DNA of 64,000 nucleotides, taken from the NCBI GenBank assembly GCA_002254405.1, contig NJDH01000003.1, positions 5,080 to 69,079 on the forward strand, read 5' to 3'. Of the stretch, positions 18,648-28,299 are shown piece after piece (positions within the stretch are counted from its first letter, which is position 1; each line of letters begins with the position of its first letter). The notes under the pieces were generated by a model that had not been told where the DNA came from, did not search any database, and saw only the letters and a list, made by a program, of their open reading frames with translations. The stretch comes from Candidatus Altiarchaeales archaeon ex4484_96. Lineage in GTDB: Archaea > Altiarchaeota > Altiarchaeia > IMC4 > QMZM01. The position numbers and the translations under genes were made by a program.

Positions 18648-19058
18648 CTAGCGGTACTGGTCTAATACATCGATTATTTTTTTTATTTCTTCTTCGTTGT
18701 ATTTGAACCGCTCTTTAGCGAAAACAGCTCTTATGTCGTCGACGGTTTCCGGCAGTATGTTGCAGATTTTGATTAGTTGTTCCTCTGACAGTCCCAGATC
18801 TAGTTCAGCCAGTTTCTGCTTCATTTCATTGACTTCTTTGGACGTTAATTTCGATGCTCTTCTGGCGTGCTCTAATGCTCTTTTCTGCTCGTAAAGCATT
18901 TCTTTTTCTTCTGTCTGGTATTCTTTTTCTTTTTTCTCCAGTATTTTTCTGACATCTACGAGGGGTATGTATTTATCGTCTATGATTTCCATTTTATATC
19001 TTTTATTGGGTGGGGGTGAGGTGTTCTGGTTCCTGCGGTATCCTTTTGAGCCCTTCAT
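18648..19058 (-). CDS. rpoF: DNA-directed RNA polymerase subunit F (Rpb4 homolog). The true start is probably the internal MEIIDD Met
   Basis: LEHARRASKLTSKEVNEMKQKLAELDL..ICNILPETVDDIRAVFAKER matches the RpoF pattern. Confidence 0.6.
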   Translation of the reverse strand: MKGSKGYRRNQNTSPPPNKRYKMEIIDDKYIPLVDVRKILEKKEKEYQTEEKEMLYEQKRALEHARRASKLTSKEVNEMKQKLAELDLGLSEEQLIKICNILPETVDDIRAVFAKERFKYNEEEIKKIIDVLDQYR

Positions 19059-19088
19059 TTTTTTGTGGAAATAAATATGAGATTACGT

Positions 19089-19523
19089 CTATAAAAGATA
19101 TCTTTCTTCGATGCCGTATTGTTTGACGAGTTTTTTGAGGTGTGCTAGATAGAGTTTTGCGAAGGTTTCAATGCTTTCGCGCATTTTTTTGTCTTCGAGT
19201 TTTTCCGGGTCGTGTAGTAATAGAATCAGCCATTGCATGTTTTCAGCCACCTTCAGGTATTTACTCCAGTTGGTTTTTTTCTCCATTCCTTCTTTGAGAA
19301 CCTCTAGTCTCACAAGTTCTTTGATGTGGTGTATTATGGTCTTGTTGGAGTAGTCAAGCGATTTAATGAGGTTTTTTTGGTATATTTTTTCTTTAACCCC
19401 TTCTTTATCGCAGAATTTTTTCAGTATCTGGATTTTTACCTCAGACCCGAAAAGAGATTGTAGGAGATTTATTCTTTCTTCTGTTTTTTTTGGTAAAAAT
19501 ACGATGCATGGGATGTGTTCCAT
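19089..19523 (-). CDS. Putative winged-helix DNA-binding protein
   Basis: Helix-turn-helix-like segment KNLIKSLDYSNKTIIHHIKELVRLEVL. The call is weak. Confidence 0.3.
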   Translation of the reverse strand: MEHIPCIVFLPKKTEERINLLQSLFGSEVKIQILKKFCDKEGVKEKIYQKNLIKSLDYSNKTIIHHIKELVRLEVLKEGMEKKTNWSKYLKVAENMQWLILLLHDPEKLEDKKMRESIETFAKLYLAHLKKLVKQYGIEERYLL

Positions 19524-19596
19524 TTATTATTTATTTGGTTTTAATATATAAAAGATGAATGTAATAGATAACATAATAGTGTAATAAACTACACAG

Positions 19597-20259
19597 GTGA
19601 TTTTTATGCCCGAGCAAAATAACAAAACACCACCAACACTGAAATTTACCATAGCCGCGGTTTTCGCAGCATTGACCCTCATTCTCTCAATAGCACCGCT
19701 TCCCTCCATAGGAGCCGGAGCAATCCTGTTCAACCTATACAAGCCCAGCGAATTATTCCTCCAGCTTGGTTTTCTAACAATGGCTTTAGGTTCCTTCACC
19801 ATAACTCTCCTAATGATTCGGCGTAAATGGATTGCCATCAGCCTGGCAGTAATACTGCAAATTCTTTTCTTTATAGCACCAGGAAACGTCTTTGTTCCAG
19901 CATGGGCTCTATGGGATAAGTTCCTGGCAATCCTATTAATCTATCCGGCCTCGGTTCTGGTGGATAAAACATTCAAATCAGAAATAAACGCTAAACTCCT
20001 ATTCCCCACAGTCCTCCTTTTGGCTTTCATAGGATTGGAGGTGGATGCTATGGCCGGTAACCTGCTTTTCGGGGTCTATGGATACGAGCTCATCGGCGTA
20101 AGCGCCGAACAGGTCGCTGGGATGTATCAGCCCTTTGCCTTCGCTGCGGCAGAAGAACGTCTGGCAGTAGCTTTAGTGTCTGCTTTTTTGACAACACCCC
20201 TAGTTTGGGCTGTGAAAGCTAACCCGCAGATTAGCTGGCTTATTGTAAGGGGAAGGTAA
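19597..20259 (+). CDS. Polytopic membrane protein, candidate ECF-transporter S component
   Basis: About 6 TM, about 200 aa. It is immediately upstream of, and abutting, the ECF ATPase and T genes. Confidence 0.45.
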   Translation: MIFMPEQNNKTPPTLKFTIAAVFAALTLILSIAPLPSIGAGAILFNLYKPSELFLQLGFLTMALGSFTITLLMIRRKWIAISLAVILQILFFIAPGNVFVPAWALWDKFLAILLIYPASVLVDKTFKSEINAKLLFPTVLLLAFIGLEVDAMAGNLLFGVYGYELIGVSAEQVAGMYQPFAFAAAEERLAVALVSAFLTTPLVWAVKANPQISWLIVRGR

Positions 20260-21674
20260 TGGCGTTAGAGGTAGATGATTTATCTTATTGTTTCTTTGGG
20301 GGTAAGCCGGTACTGAAAAACCTGAACTTCAGGATAGAGGACGGGGAGTATGTAGCACTTCTTGGACCCAACGGTTCAGGGAAAACAACCCTGGCTCTCT
20401 GTCTATGCGGGGTCATACCCCATTATTATGCGGGCTCCTTAAGCGGCCAAATTAAAATAGATGACATTGATTCAACAAAAGAAAGCCCATCTCAGGCGGC
20501 CTTTAAAGTGGGTTTTTTGTTTCAGGACTATGAATCTCAGCTTTTTCTGCAGACTCTAAGACAGGAGCTCGAATTCAGCCTCGAAAACCTGGGTCTAAAC
20601 GTAGAGCAAAACATCAAACGCCTTGATAAAATGCTTGATTTAGCTCATTTATTGGATAGAAACCTCACATCGCTTTCGGAGGGAGAGAAACAGAAGGCGG
20701 CGCTGGCATCGGTTTTGGCCCCGGACCCTGATGTATTGATTCTTGATGAGCCATCCTCCCAGCTTGATGTCCGGGCGAGAAAAAAACTCCTTAAGCTTTT
20801 AGACAAGCTTAACTCCCGTGGCAAGACCATAATACATGCAACCCATGAAACCGAATCTGTAGCCGAATGCTCACGGTTTCTCGTGTTAAAAGATGGTTGT
20901 CTGGTTGTTGATTCAACAGATAATTCCTTTTTACGTAAGGAAAAAACCGCAAGCCTGGGTGTGGAGCCCCTCAATCATTTTATTAAAGGGGATGCATCAG
21001 AAACTCTAATAAACGATAAAACTGTTTTAAGAACCCAGGATCTTGGATTTATCCGGGGGGAGATGAGTGTTTTAAGGCAGGTGGATTTAGATTTTAAGCA
21101 GGGTCAATTCACGGTCATTGGGGGCTTAAATGGTTGCGGCAAGACCACATTATTGAAGCTTTTAATCCGGTTGCTTAAGCCTCAGCAGGGGAGTATTTAT
21201 CTGAACGGCAAAGATGTTTCATCCATCAAAAGAAGTATTTTATCCTCCCGGCTTGGTTTCATTTTTCAAAACCCATCCCATCAACTGTTTAGGAACACTC
21301 TAAGAGACGAGCTAGACTATACGCTTCGGGTTCAAAACAGTATCAGGGAAGGTGCTGTTGACCAGATAATCTCCCGCTTTAAGCTTAAATCCATTGATAA
21401 AAGAAGCCCTCAGTCTCTTTCCGTGGGCGAAAAACAAAAAACCGCCTTAGCCAGCGTCCTGGTATCTGACCCGGATGTGTTGCTTTTAGATGAACCCTTA
21501 ACCTGCCTTGATTATGAGGCTAAAATAAACCTCCTAGATTACCTTAAAAGGCTTAAGGGGGAAGGCAAGACCATAATAGTAGCATCACATCACAGCAGAT
21601 ACTACATTAACCTGGCCGACAGGCTTATCCAACTAAAAGATGGGGCTATCATCGTAAATGAAGGAATTAATTGA
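20259..21674 (+). CDS. ECF transporter ATPase with fused tandem ABC domains (EcfA1-EcfA2 type)
   Basis: Two Walker A motifs (GPNGSGKTT, GLNGCGKTT), two signature motifs (LSEGEKQKAALA, LSVGEKQKTALA) and two Walker B motifs (ILDEPSS, LLDEPLT). Confidence 0.85.
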   Translation: MALEVDDLSYCFFGGKPVLKNLNFRIEDGEYVALLGPNGSGKTTLALCLCGVIPHYYAGSLSGQIKIDDIDSTKESPSQAAFKVGFLFQDYESQLFLQTLRQELEFSLENLGLNVEQNIKRLDKMLDLAHLLDRNLTSLSEGEKQKAALASVLAPDPDVLILDEPSSQLDVRARKKLLKLLDKLNSRGKTIIHATHETESVAECSRFLVLKDGCLVVDSTDNSFLRKEKTASLGVEPLNHFIKGDASETLINDKTVLRTQDLGFIRGEMSVLRQVDLDFKQGQFTVIGGLNGCGKTTLLKLLIRLLKPQQGSIYLNGKDVSSIKRSILSSRLGFIFQNPSHQLFRNTLRDELDYTLRVQNSIREGAVDQIISRFKLKSIDKRSPQSLSVGEKQKTALASVLVSDPDVLLLDEPLTCLDYEAKINLLDYLKRLKGEGKTIIVASHHSRYYINLADRLIQLKDGAIIVNEGIN

Positions 21675-22365
21675 ATACATTGAAGGCAAAGGCCCCCTTT
21701 ATAACCTAAACCCTTTAACTAAATTATTTCTGGTTCTGATTTTTTGGGTTATCGCCTTTTATTCAGGATTTCATATCCTGACACTTATGACATTATTTCT
21801 TTTTATTCTGGCTTTTTGCTCTGGGATGGGAGACCGTTTTATGAAACAAGCCAGTATTTTTTCTTTATATGTGATTCCCTTTATATTCGCTTTGCATGTT
21901 TTTTTCCCTGAAAGCTATGGAACCCAGTATCCTCCCTTGTTCCCCTTCGAGTTTAATCCATCCTTTGAAAAAATTTATTCGGCTGCAAACGCGAGTCTGA
22001 GGCTTTACGTGCTTTTTTGCTCTTCCCTGGTTTTTGTTTCCACCACCAATCCGCTCACTCTTCTCAGGGTTATCTCCTCCAAGCGCTTTTTTGGTTTATG
22101 TATCCCCTATGGGGTGGTTTTTTTCCTGTTGTTCGTGAACCGCAGCATTTATCTGATACTATATGATTTAGAGCAGATACTGGATGCCCAGAAGGCAAGG
22201 GGGTTTTCCCTCAAGGAGGCTTCCTGGCGCAATAAAATATCAGGCTACGCCTCTCTTCTAGTTCCTCTATTGACCTTGGCCTTGGAGCGTGCTCAAAGAC
22301 AGGCTGTGGCCCTGGACCTTAAGGGATTTCGTGTAAGAAGTGAGCGCGGTAATATAAAAACATAA
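21658..22365 (+). CDS. ecfT: ECF transporter transmembrane T component (CbiQ family)
   Basis: 5-TM protein with the C-terminal QKARGFSL ... ALERAQRQAVALDLKGF motifs resembling the EcfT coupling helices. Confidence 0.7.
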   Translation: MKELIEYIEGKGPLYNLNPLTKLFLVLIFWVIAFYSGFHILTLMTLFLFILAFCSGMGDRFMKQASIFSLYVIPFIFALHVFFPESYGTQYPPLFPFEFNPSFEKIYSAANASLRLYVLFCSSLVFVSTTNPLTLLRVISSKRFFGLCIPYGVVFFLLFVNRSIYLILYDLEQILDAQKARGFSLKEASWRNKISGYASLLVPLLTLALERAQRQAVALDLKGFRVRSERGNIKT

Positions 22366-22393
22366 TCCTAATCTCTTAGACCTAAAAAATAAA

Positions 22394-23353
22394 ATGGAAT
22401 TTGTTACTTCGATGGCGGGAAGCTATCCTCGCCCTGACTGGTTTAAGCTTCATCTAAAAAAACAGGAGGGTTCGCAGAAGGGGGTGGCAGGTTTAATCGA
22501 CGACCGGTATGTGAAGGCCTTAAAGCAGGTGTTGGATGAGCAGGATAAGGCGCAAATCCAGCTTAAAACCGACGGCCAGCTCCTATGGCATAACATGTTA
22601 TGTCATCTTTGCTATAAGATTGAGGGTTTTGCACCCGGCGGCCTAATCAGGTTTTATGACAACAACATGTATTATCAAAAACCAAGGGTTGAGTCCGAGC
22701 TTAAACGAAAAAATTCAATTATATTAAGCGAATACCTGAAAGCCAGGGAATCAGGCCATGATATCAAACCTGTTTTATCCTGTTATACTCTGACTAAATT
22801 ATCCTCAAACAGTTTTTATTCCTCTGATGATGATTTTCTTCAGGCTTTAGCCTCTGTTTTAAACCAGGAAGCCAGGGATTTAGCGGATGCTGGAGCCCGG
22901 GTGATTCAGGTGGACGAGCCGGCGCTTTTATCTGCGGATAAAGAAGGTCTTGAGATAGCAAAAAAAGCCTTTGAGGTTTTGGTTAAAGATGTTGACGCCT
23001 CCTTCGTATTATCCACCTATTATGCGGATGCTTCGAAGGCATTCGCTGAGCTTCTTGAGTTTCCGGTTCAGGGTATTGGCCTTGATTTCGTAGAAGGTAA
23101 AGACATTAACCTTAAACTAATAAAGGAGCATGGATTGGATTTGGATTTACAGGCGGGGGTGGTGGATGCCAGGACAACAAGAATGGAGGACCCGGCAAAT
23201 GTCTCTAAACTCGTTTCTGAAATAACCAAAGCAGTTGATTCAGATAGATTATATGTTTGCCCTAATATGGGATTAGAGTATCTGCCTTATGTGAAGGCGG
23301 CTCAGAAGCTGAGTGTTTTATCTGATTCGATAAGGGGGGGTGTGCTGAGATGA
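22394..23353 (+). CDS. Half-size cobalamin-independent methionine synthase paralog lacking the zinc ligands (like the MetE N-terminal domain)
   Basis: Homologous to the next gene (VIQVDEPALL vs FIQIDDPAIS), but HxCYG and DxDCG are replaced by LSTYYAD and CPNMG. Confidence 0.7.
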   Translation: MEFVTSMAGSYPRPDWFKLHLKKQEGSQKGVAGLIDDRYVKALKQVLDEQDKAQIQLKTDGQLLWHNMLCHLCYKIEGFAPGGLIRFYDNNMYYQKPRVESELKRKNSIILSEYLKARESGHDIKPVLSCYTLTKLSSNSFYSSDDDFLQALASVLNQEARDLADAGARVIQVDEPALLSADKEGLEIAKKAFEVLVKDVDASFVLSTYYADASKAFAELLEFPVQGIGLDFVEGKDINLKLIKEHGLDLDLQAGVVDARTTRMEDPANVSKLVSEITKAVDSDRLYVCPNMGLEYLPYVKAAQKLSVLSDSIRGGVLR

Positions 23354-24318
23354 AAAATAAGTTGCTGCCTACGACGGTTGTTGGAAGTCATCCGAAGCCT
23401 AAGTGGCTTAATCACCTGATAGTTGAATTTGAGCAGGGTAACCTTGATAAGGGAGTCATGGAGAGTGCATTCAATGATTCGGTCAGGGCGGTGGTCAAGG
23501 TTCAGGAGCTCGCTGGATTGGATATCTTCTGGGACGGGGAGATGAGAAGAGAAGAAATGACCTCTTATTTCGCGGAAAACATTGATGGTTTCACGGTATA
23601 TGGTCCTGTGAGGGTTTGGGGCAACAATTACTATAAAAAACCGGCGATAACCGGTGAGCTCAGATACCGGGACGAATTTAGTTTATCAGATTATCGCTTC
23701 CTATCCAGCTTAACAGACCGCGGGATTAAGGTGCCTTTAACAGGCCCTTATACGATAGTTGATTGGAGTTTCAATGAACACTATAATACTAAAGAGGATG
23801 CTGTTTATGCTCTAGCCGAGGTCATAAACGAGGAGCTTAAGGCTCTTGTTGCGGCCGGAGCGGATTTTATCCAGATAGATGATCCTGCGATATCCACCCA
23901 CGTAGACGAGCTTGAGGTAGCGAAAAAATCGGTTGAAATCGCAACAAAAGGGGTTAAAGCCTATATTGGCCTGCACATCTGCTATGGGGATTACTCTAAA
24001 CTGTATCCGCAGGTTCTTGATTTCCCGGTGGATCAGCTGGATTTCGAGCTGGCGAACAAAAACTTCGAGGACATTAAAATCTTCAGGGAGCATGATTTCA
24101 CAAAAGACATCGGGTTCGGATGCGTTGATGTTCATACTAAACGGGTTGAGTCTGTGGCTGAAATAAAAGAGAACATCACCAAATCCTTTGAGATGGTCGA
24201 ACCCAAGCAGGTTTACGTGGACCCGGATTGTGGTGTTAAGCTTTTAAGCCCGCAGAAAGCCTTCGAGAAACTAAAAAACATGTGTGATGCGGCGGAGGAA
24301 CTTAGAGAGGAATTGTAG
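23350..24318 (+). CDS. metE: Cobalamin-independent methionine synthase catalytic (C-terminal-type) domain protein
   Basis: Zinc-binding motifs GLHICYGDY and VDPDCGVKLL. IQIDDPA substrate-binding region. Confidence 0.8.
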   Translation: MKNKLLPTTVVGSHPKPKWLNHLIVEFEQGNLDKGVMESAFNDSVRAVVKVQELAGLDIFWDGEMRREEMTSYFAENIDGFTVYGPVRVWGNNYYKKPAITGELRYRDEFSLSDYRFLSSLTDRGIKVPLTGPYTIVDWSFNEHYNTKEDAVYALAEVINEELKALVAAGADFIQIDDPAISTHVDELEVAKKSVEIATKGVKAYIGLHICYGDYSKLYPQVLDFPVDQLDFELANKNFEDIKIFREHDFTKDIGFGCVDVHTKRVESVAEIKENITKSFEMVEPKQVYVDPDCGVKLLSPQKAFEKLKNMCDAAEELREEL

Positions 24319-24320
24319 AT

Positions 24321-25160
24321 TTACTCCCAGCTCATCCATTTATTATATAATGTTTCTCTAGTCAAAAGAGCCTTTGTTTTATCGAATTCCATCACATCCG
24401 CTCCTTTTCGAAGCTCTTTGATGGTTGGTATGTATATCCTGGTTTTTGGGTTCTTGAATGGGCACACGGGATAGTTGGGGTGTTGTTTGCCTGATCTCAC
24501 TCCTGTGACGTTGTTCTCCGGGCAGCAGCCTCTCATGTATCCCCTGCACCCGATTAGGTCATCTACTTCGGGTATAGACTCCTTAAGCTTAAAGTAGAGT
24601 TGAGCTGCTATGCACCTGAGCTCAGGGGAGGAGCGAACGCACAACCGCAGCGACAGCATGTTGATAAGAGAGCGCAGGTTCATGCTAACGTGATACACCC
24701 CCACGGCTTGAGCGAAAGATAAAACATATCTGGCTACTTCTCTTGGCACCTGCTCATCCAGCAGCGTCCTATATGTTTCAATCGAATTACTTATGCTGTC
24801 CGTTAATTTTTTCCCATCATCAATCAGGTGTAGTGGTATTATCACCTCGTATGCTTGCTCTTTTTTATCGACACCCTCGCTTACCTCAACGTATCTGGTA
24901 GAATACCCGCTGTGGCTTGCCATACGGTGCTCGAGAAACTCTGGTGCGTTGCCTTTGGACATCTTGATATCGTATTTGACGATGATGTGTTCTAGGGCGG
25001 AGCTGTAGTCGTTTTCTATCATCATACGAAAGCAGTCTTTGTCTTTGACCTGGGGGGGCACGCCGCTCATTCTCGCAGAATAAACAACCTCCCGCCAGGC
25101 CTCATCACCCTTAACAAGCTCAAAATTCCATACCCGCGGCTTAACGACCTTGATTTTCAT
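24321..25160 (-). CDS. thyX: Flavin-dependent thymidylate synthase ThyX, with a ~60-aa Cys-containing C-terminal extension
   Basis: SALEH..., the ThyX signature EHRMASHSGYSTRYV (RHRxxSxxxxSxRY), and a downstream LRSLINMLSLRLCVRSSPELRCIAAQL helix. Confidence 0.8.
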   Translation of the reverse strand: MKIKVVKPRVWNFELVKGDEAWREVVYSARMSGVPPQVKDKDCFRMMIENDYSSALEHIIVKYDIKMSKGNAPEFLEHRMASHSGYSTRYVEVSEGVDKKEQAYEVIIPLHLIDDGKKLTDSISNSIETYRTLLDEQVPREVARYVLSFAQAVGVYHVSMNLRSLINMLSLRLCVRSSPELRCIAAQLYFKLKESIPEVDDLIGCRGYMRGCCPENNVTGVRSGKQHPNYPVCPFKNPKTRIYIPTIKELRKGADVMEFDKTKALLTRETLYNKWMSWE

Positions 25161-28100
25161 CTATTTTCCTCGACTGCTATATTAACCTTGTTTTTCTCGA
25201 TAACCCACTCTTTAACGAAACCCGCTTTCTTCCCGTAAGACAGCCTGCTTCTTGTTTCTTTTTCAATATAATCCTTGTTTTCAGTGAGATGTTTACTGAA
25301 TTTACTATCGCATTCTATTGCCACATTAACCTTAGCCGTCTCCTCTAAATCCAGTTCTTTTCTCATCTCCTGTATCCTTCTTATCGTTTCTCTTGCCATA
25401 GCCTCAGAGTACAGCCCCTCATCAAGTTTAGAGTCTATGTATACTACTCCCCCGCTGTATTCCTTAGCCACCAGCTCTTCGCTTATCCTGGACTCAAATA
25501 TCAGGTCTTCTCTACTCAACTCAAACCCGTTAATCACGTATTTATTCTTTTCATTTATCGCTTTTTTAATTTCATCTGCATTCGTTTTCTCAAGCCCCTT
25601 CTTTAATTTACTCATATTCCCTTTGAGTTTAGGGCCTAATACTGCGTAGTTTAACTTGACAAAGGTTTTGGTTTCAACCTCTTTGATTTTTAGCTCTTTT
25701 GCGTTGCTCATCTTCAGGATAAGCTGCTCGAATTTATCCAGATCCCATGCTTGCTTGGGGGCTACCATAACCCTTCTAATAGGCCACCTGAGCTTTATCT
25801 GCGAATCCTGCCTTGCGGATATCACAGCCTCTATTATCTGCTGGGCGACCTGCATTTTTTCCTCCAACTCAGGATAAATAGCTGATTTATCCGCACGGGG
25901 CCAGGATGTGAGGTGAACGCTTTTTTCTTTGCTTAAATCCAGAATTATTTTTTCTGTGATATGCGGGGCTATGGGAGCCATAAGCTTGCATAAGCCGACT
26001 AAAACATGATATAGTGTGTGATATACTGCCATCTTTCTTGGGTCTTCGCCTTCAATCCATACCCTGTCTCTTATGTTTTTCACATAAAAACGACTTAACT
26101 CCAGAATAAATGACTGTATCCTCCTGCAGACCTCGAATAGATGAAGGTTCTCATAATCTTGTGTTACTTCCTCTATTAGAGTATTGTATCTTGACAGTAT
26201 GTAGTTGTCTTCTAGGCTGAATTCAAGCCTGTATTCTTTATCATTACTGTATTCATCTAGTTTCATGTATGTCTGGCTGAAGCTGTGGACATTATAGAGT
26301 ATGTGCATTAACCGGTTTATTATTTTCAGGTTATCGTATGAGAACCTGAGATCCTCCCATGGGACTGAAGCCCATAGCATATAGTATCTCATGACATCTG
26401 CCCCGTATTTGTCTGTTACCTCAAAGGGGTCGATTACGTTTCCAAGTGATTTGCTCATTTTTCTGCCTTCCTCATCCAACGTGAAACCATGATATAATAC
26501 CCTCTTATAGGCTTTCTCGTCGAATGCTATTATCGAGGAAACCAGAAGCGAATAAAACCATCCTCTGGTCTGGTCGCTTCCCTCTGTTATGAAATCCGCG
26601 GGAAAATATTGCTCGAATTTGTCTTTTCTGTGGGGGTACTCCAGGTTAGCCCATGAGGCGCATCCTGAGTCAAGCCATACATCCAGTACATCTGGGACCC
26701 TGCTCATTTCTTTACCGCAGACGCATTTAAGCTTAATCTCATCTATTGAAGGCCGGTGTAGGTCTATGTTATCTGGCTCTATTTTCGTTGTAGCCTCCTT
26801 TTGCAGTTCACTTAGGCTTCCTATAACCTTTATTTCACCGCAGCTGCAGCGCCAGACGGGCAGCGGGGTATTCCAGTATCTTTGCCTGGAGATGCACCAG
26901 TCTCTTGCGTTAGCAAGCCAGTTTTTGAATCTCCCCGAGCCTATCCATTCAGGAACCCAATCTATTTCCTTGTTTTTTTCCAACAGAGTATCCCTTATTT
27001 CTGATACCGCCAGAAACCATTGCTTGGTTGCTCTCAGAAGCAGCGGCTCTTTGCAGCGCCAGCAGTGGGGGTATGAGTGGCTTATGCTGCCGGCGTATAG
27101 TATCTTATCCTGTTTTTTCAGCTGCTCTATTATTGTGTTGTTTGCGTTTCTTATGTATGTTCCCTTATATGGTTTGATTGTGAAACATCCTGCTTCGTCG
27201 ACAGGAGAGAGCATCATCAGATTATTTTTTTTGCCCAGCTCATAGTCTTCCACTCCATGCCCGGGGGCTATGTGCACGCAGCCTGTTCCTTCCTCCAGGT
27301 TCACATGCTGCTCATCCACAACAATCTTTCGTCTCACACCCTGCTGTATTTCGAGCTCAAGCATAGGCTCATATTCTTTATCTGTAAGCTTTAATCCCGG
27401 AAATTCATCGGTTATCCGGTAGTCTTGCTCCGGGAAAATGATTTCACTTATTTCTTTAAGTCTTTTTTTTGCAAGAATATACTCAACTCCCTTGTATTCG
27501 ACTTTAACGTATTCGTGTTTTGGGTGCACTGCTATCGCTGTGTTGGAGGGCAGGGTCCATGGTGTTGTGGTCCATATCAAGATAAATGTGTCTTCGTCTT
27601 TTAGCCTGGCTTTGACGTAAATCGAGTGGTCGGTTACGTCCCTGTATTCGTCTCGCACCTCGTATCCGGCCATTGCGGTCTCGCATCTTGGGCACCAGTG
27701 TATTACCTGCTTGTCTTCGTAGAGCAGTTTTTTTTCATGGGCTTTTTTTATTAGAAACCAAACCCCCTCCATGTATCTGCTGTCTATGGTCATATATGGG
27801 TCATCCCAGTTAAGCCACGCCCCCAATCTTATGAGCTGAGAACTCATGTTGTTCATGTTTTGGAGGGCGAATTTTTTGCATTCTGTGATGAAGTTTTCGA
27901 TACCGTATTCCTCTATCTCTTTTTTGCTTCTGCTTTTCAGCACCTCCTCCTCTACTTTAACCTCGATTGGCAGGCCGTGCATGTCCCAACCGGCTCTCCG
28001 ATAGACATCAAATCCCTGCATGGTCTTGTATCTTATGACCGCGTCTTTAATGGCGTGATTCCAGGCATGCCCTATGTGGGCTGTTCCGGAGGTGAAAGGC

Positions 28101-28228
28101 GGCCCCTGGCAGAAGTAGTATTTTTCTCTACCCTGATTTAACTCGCATACACTTCGGATTATGCTTTTCTCATCCCAGTATTTTTGTATATCCTCCTCGA
28201 GTTCGGGGAGATTCAGTCTCTTACTCAT
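25157..28228 (-). CDS. ileS: Isoleucyl-tRNA synthetase
   Basis: 1023 aa with HIGH motif PFTSGTAHIGHAWN and KMSKS motif KMSKSLGN, plus editing-domain-sized insertions and Zn-finger-like Cys pairs. Confidence 0.95.
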   Translation of the reverse strand: MSKRLNLPELEEDIQKYWDEKSIIRSVCELNQGREKYYFCQGPPFTSGTAHIGHAWNHAIKDAVIRYKTMQGFDVYRRAGWDMHGLPIEVKVEEEVLKSRSKKEIEEYGIENFITECKKFALQNMNNMSSQLIRLGAWLNWDDPYMTIDSRYMEGVWFLIKKAHEKKLLYEDKQVIHWCPRCETAMAGYEVRDEYRDVTDHSIYVKARLKDEDTFILIWTTTPWTLPSNTAIAVHPKHEYVKVEYKGVEYILAKKRLKEISEIIFPEQDYRITDEFPGLKLTDKEYEPMLELEIQQGVRRKIVVDEQHVNLEEGTGCVHIAPGHGVEDYELGKKNNLMMLSPVDEAGCFTIKPYKGTYIRNANNTIIEQLKKQDKILYAGSISHSYPHCWRCKEPLLLRATKQWFLAVSEIRDTLLEKNKEIDWVPEWIGSGRFKNWLANARDWCISRQRYWNTPLPVWRCSCGEIKVIGSLSELQKEATTKIEPDNIDLHRPSIDEIKLKCVCGKEMSRVPDVLDVWLDSGCASWANLEYPHRKDKFEQYFPADFITEGSDQTRGWFYSLLVSSIIAFDEKAYKRVLYHGFTLDEEGRKMSKSLGNVIDPFEVTDKYGADVMRYYMLWASVPWEDLRFSYDNLKIINRLMHILYNVHSFSQTYMKLDEYSNDKEYRLEFSLEDNYILSRYNTLIEEVTQDYENLHLFEVCRRIQSFILELSRFYVKNIRDRVWIEGEDPRKMAVYHTLYHVLVGLCKLMAPIAPHITEKIILDLSKEKSVHLTSWPRADKSAIYPELEEKMQVAQQIIEAVISARQDSQIKLRWPIRRVMVAPKQAWDLDKFEQLILKMSNAKELKIKEVETKTFVKLNYAVLGPKLKGNMSKLKKGLEKTNADEIKKAINEKNKYVINGFELSREDLIFESRISEELVAKEYSGGVVYIDSKLDEGLYSEAMARETIRRIQEMRKELDLEETAKVNVAIECDSKFSKHLTENKDYIEKETRSRLSYGKKAGFVKEWVIEKNKVNIAVEENR

Positions 28229-28299
28229 TGTCTTAATGATTAGAGTATGGCATTAAATTTCAACCCCTTAATTAATGCTGCCTCCATATATTTGATGTT

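Noticed and set aside
18993-19058. N-terminal 22-codon extension of rpoF (MKGSKGYRRNQNTSPPPNKRYK)
   Set aside because: Homologs start near the MEIIDD sequence. The extension is basic and low-complexity, and may be an alternative start artefact.
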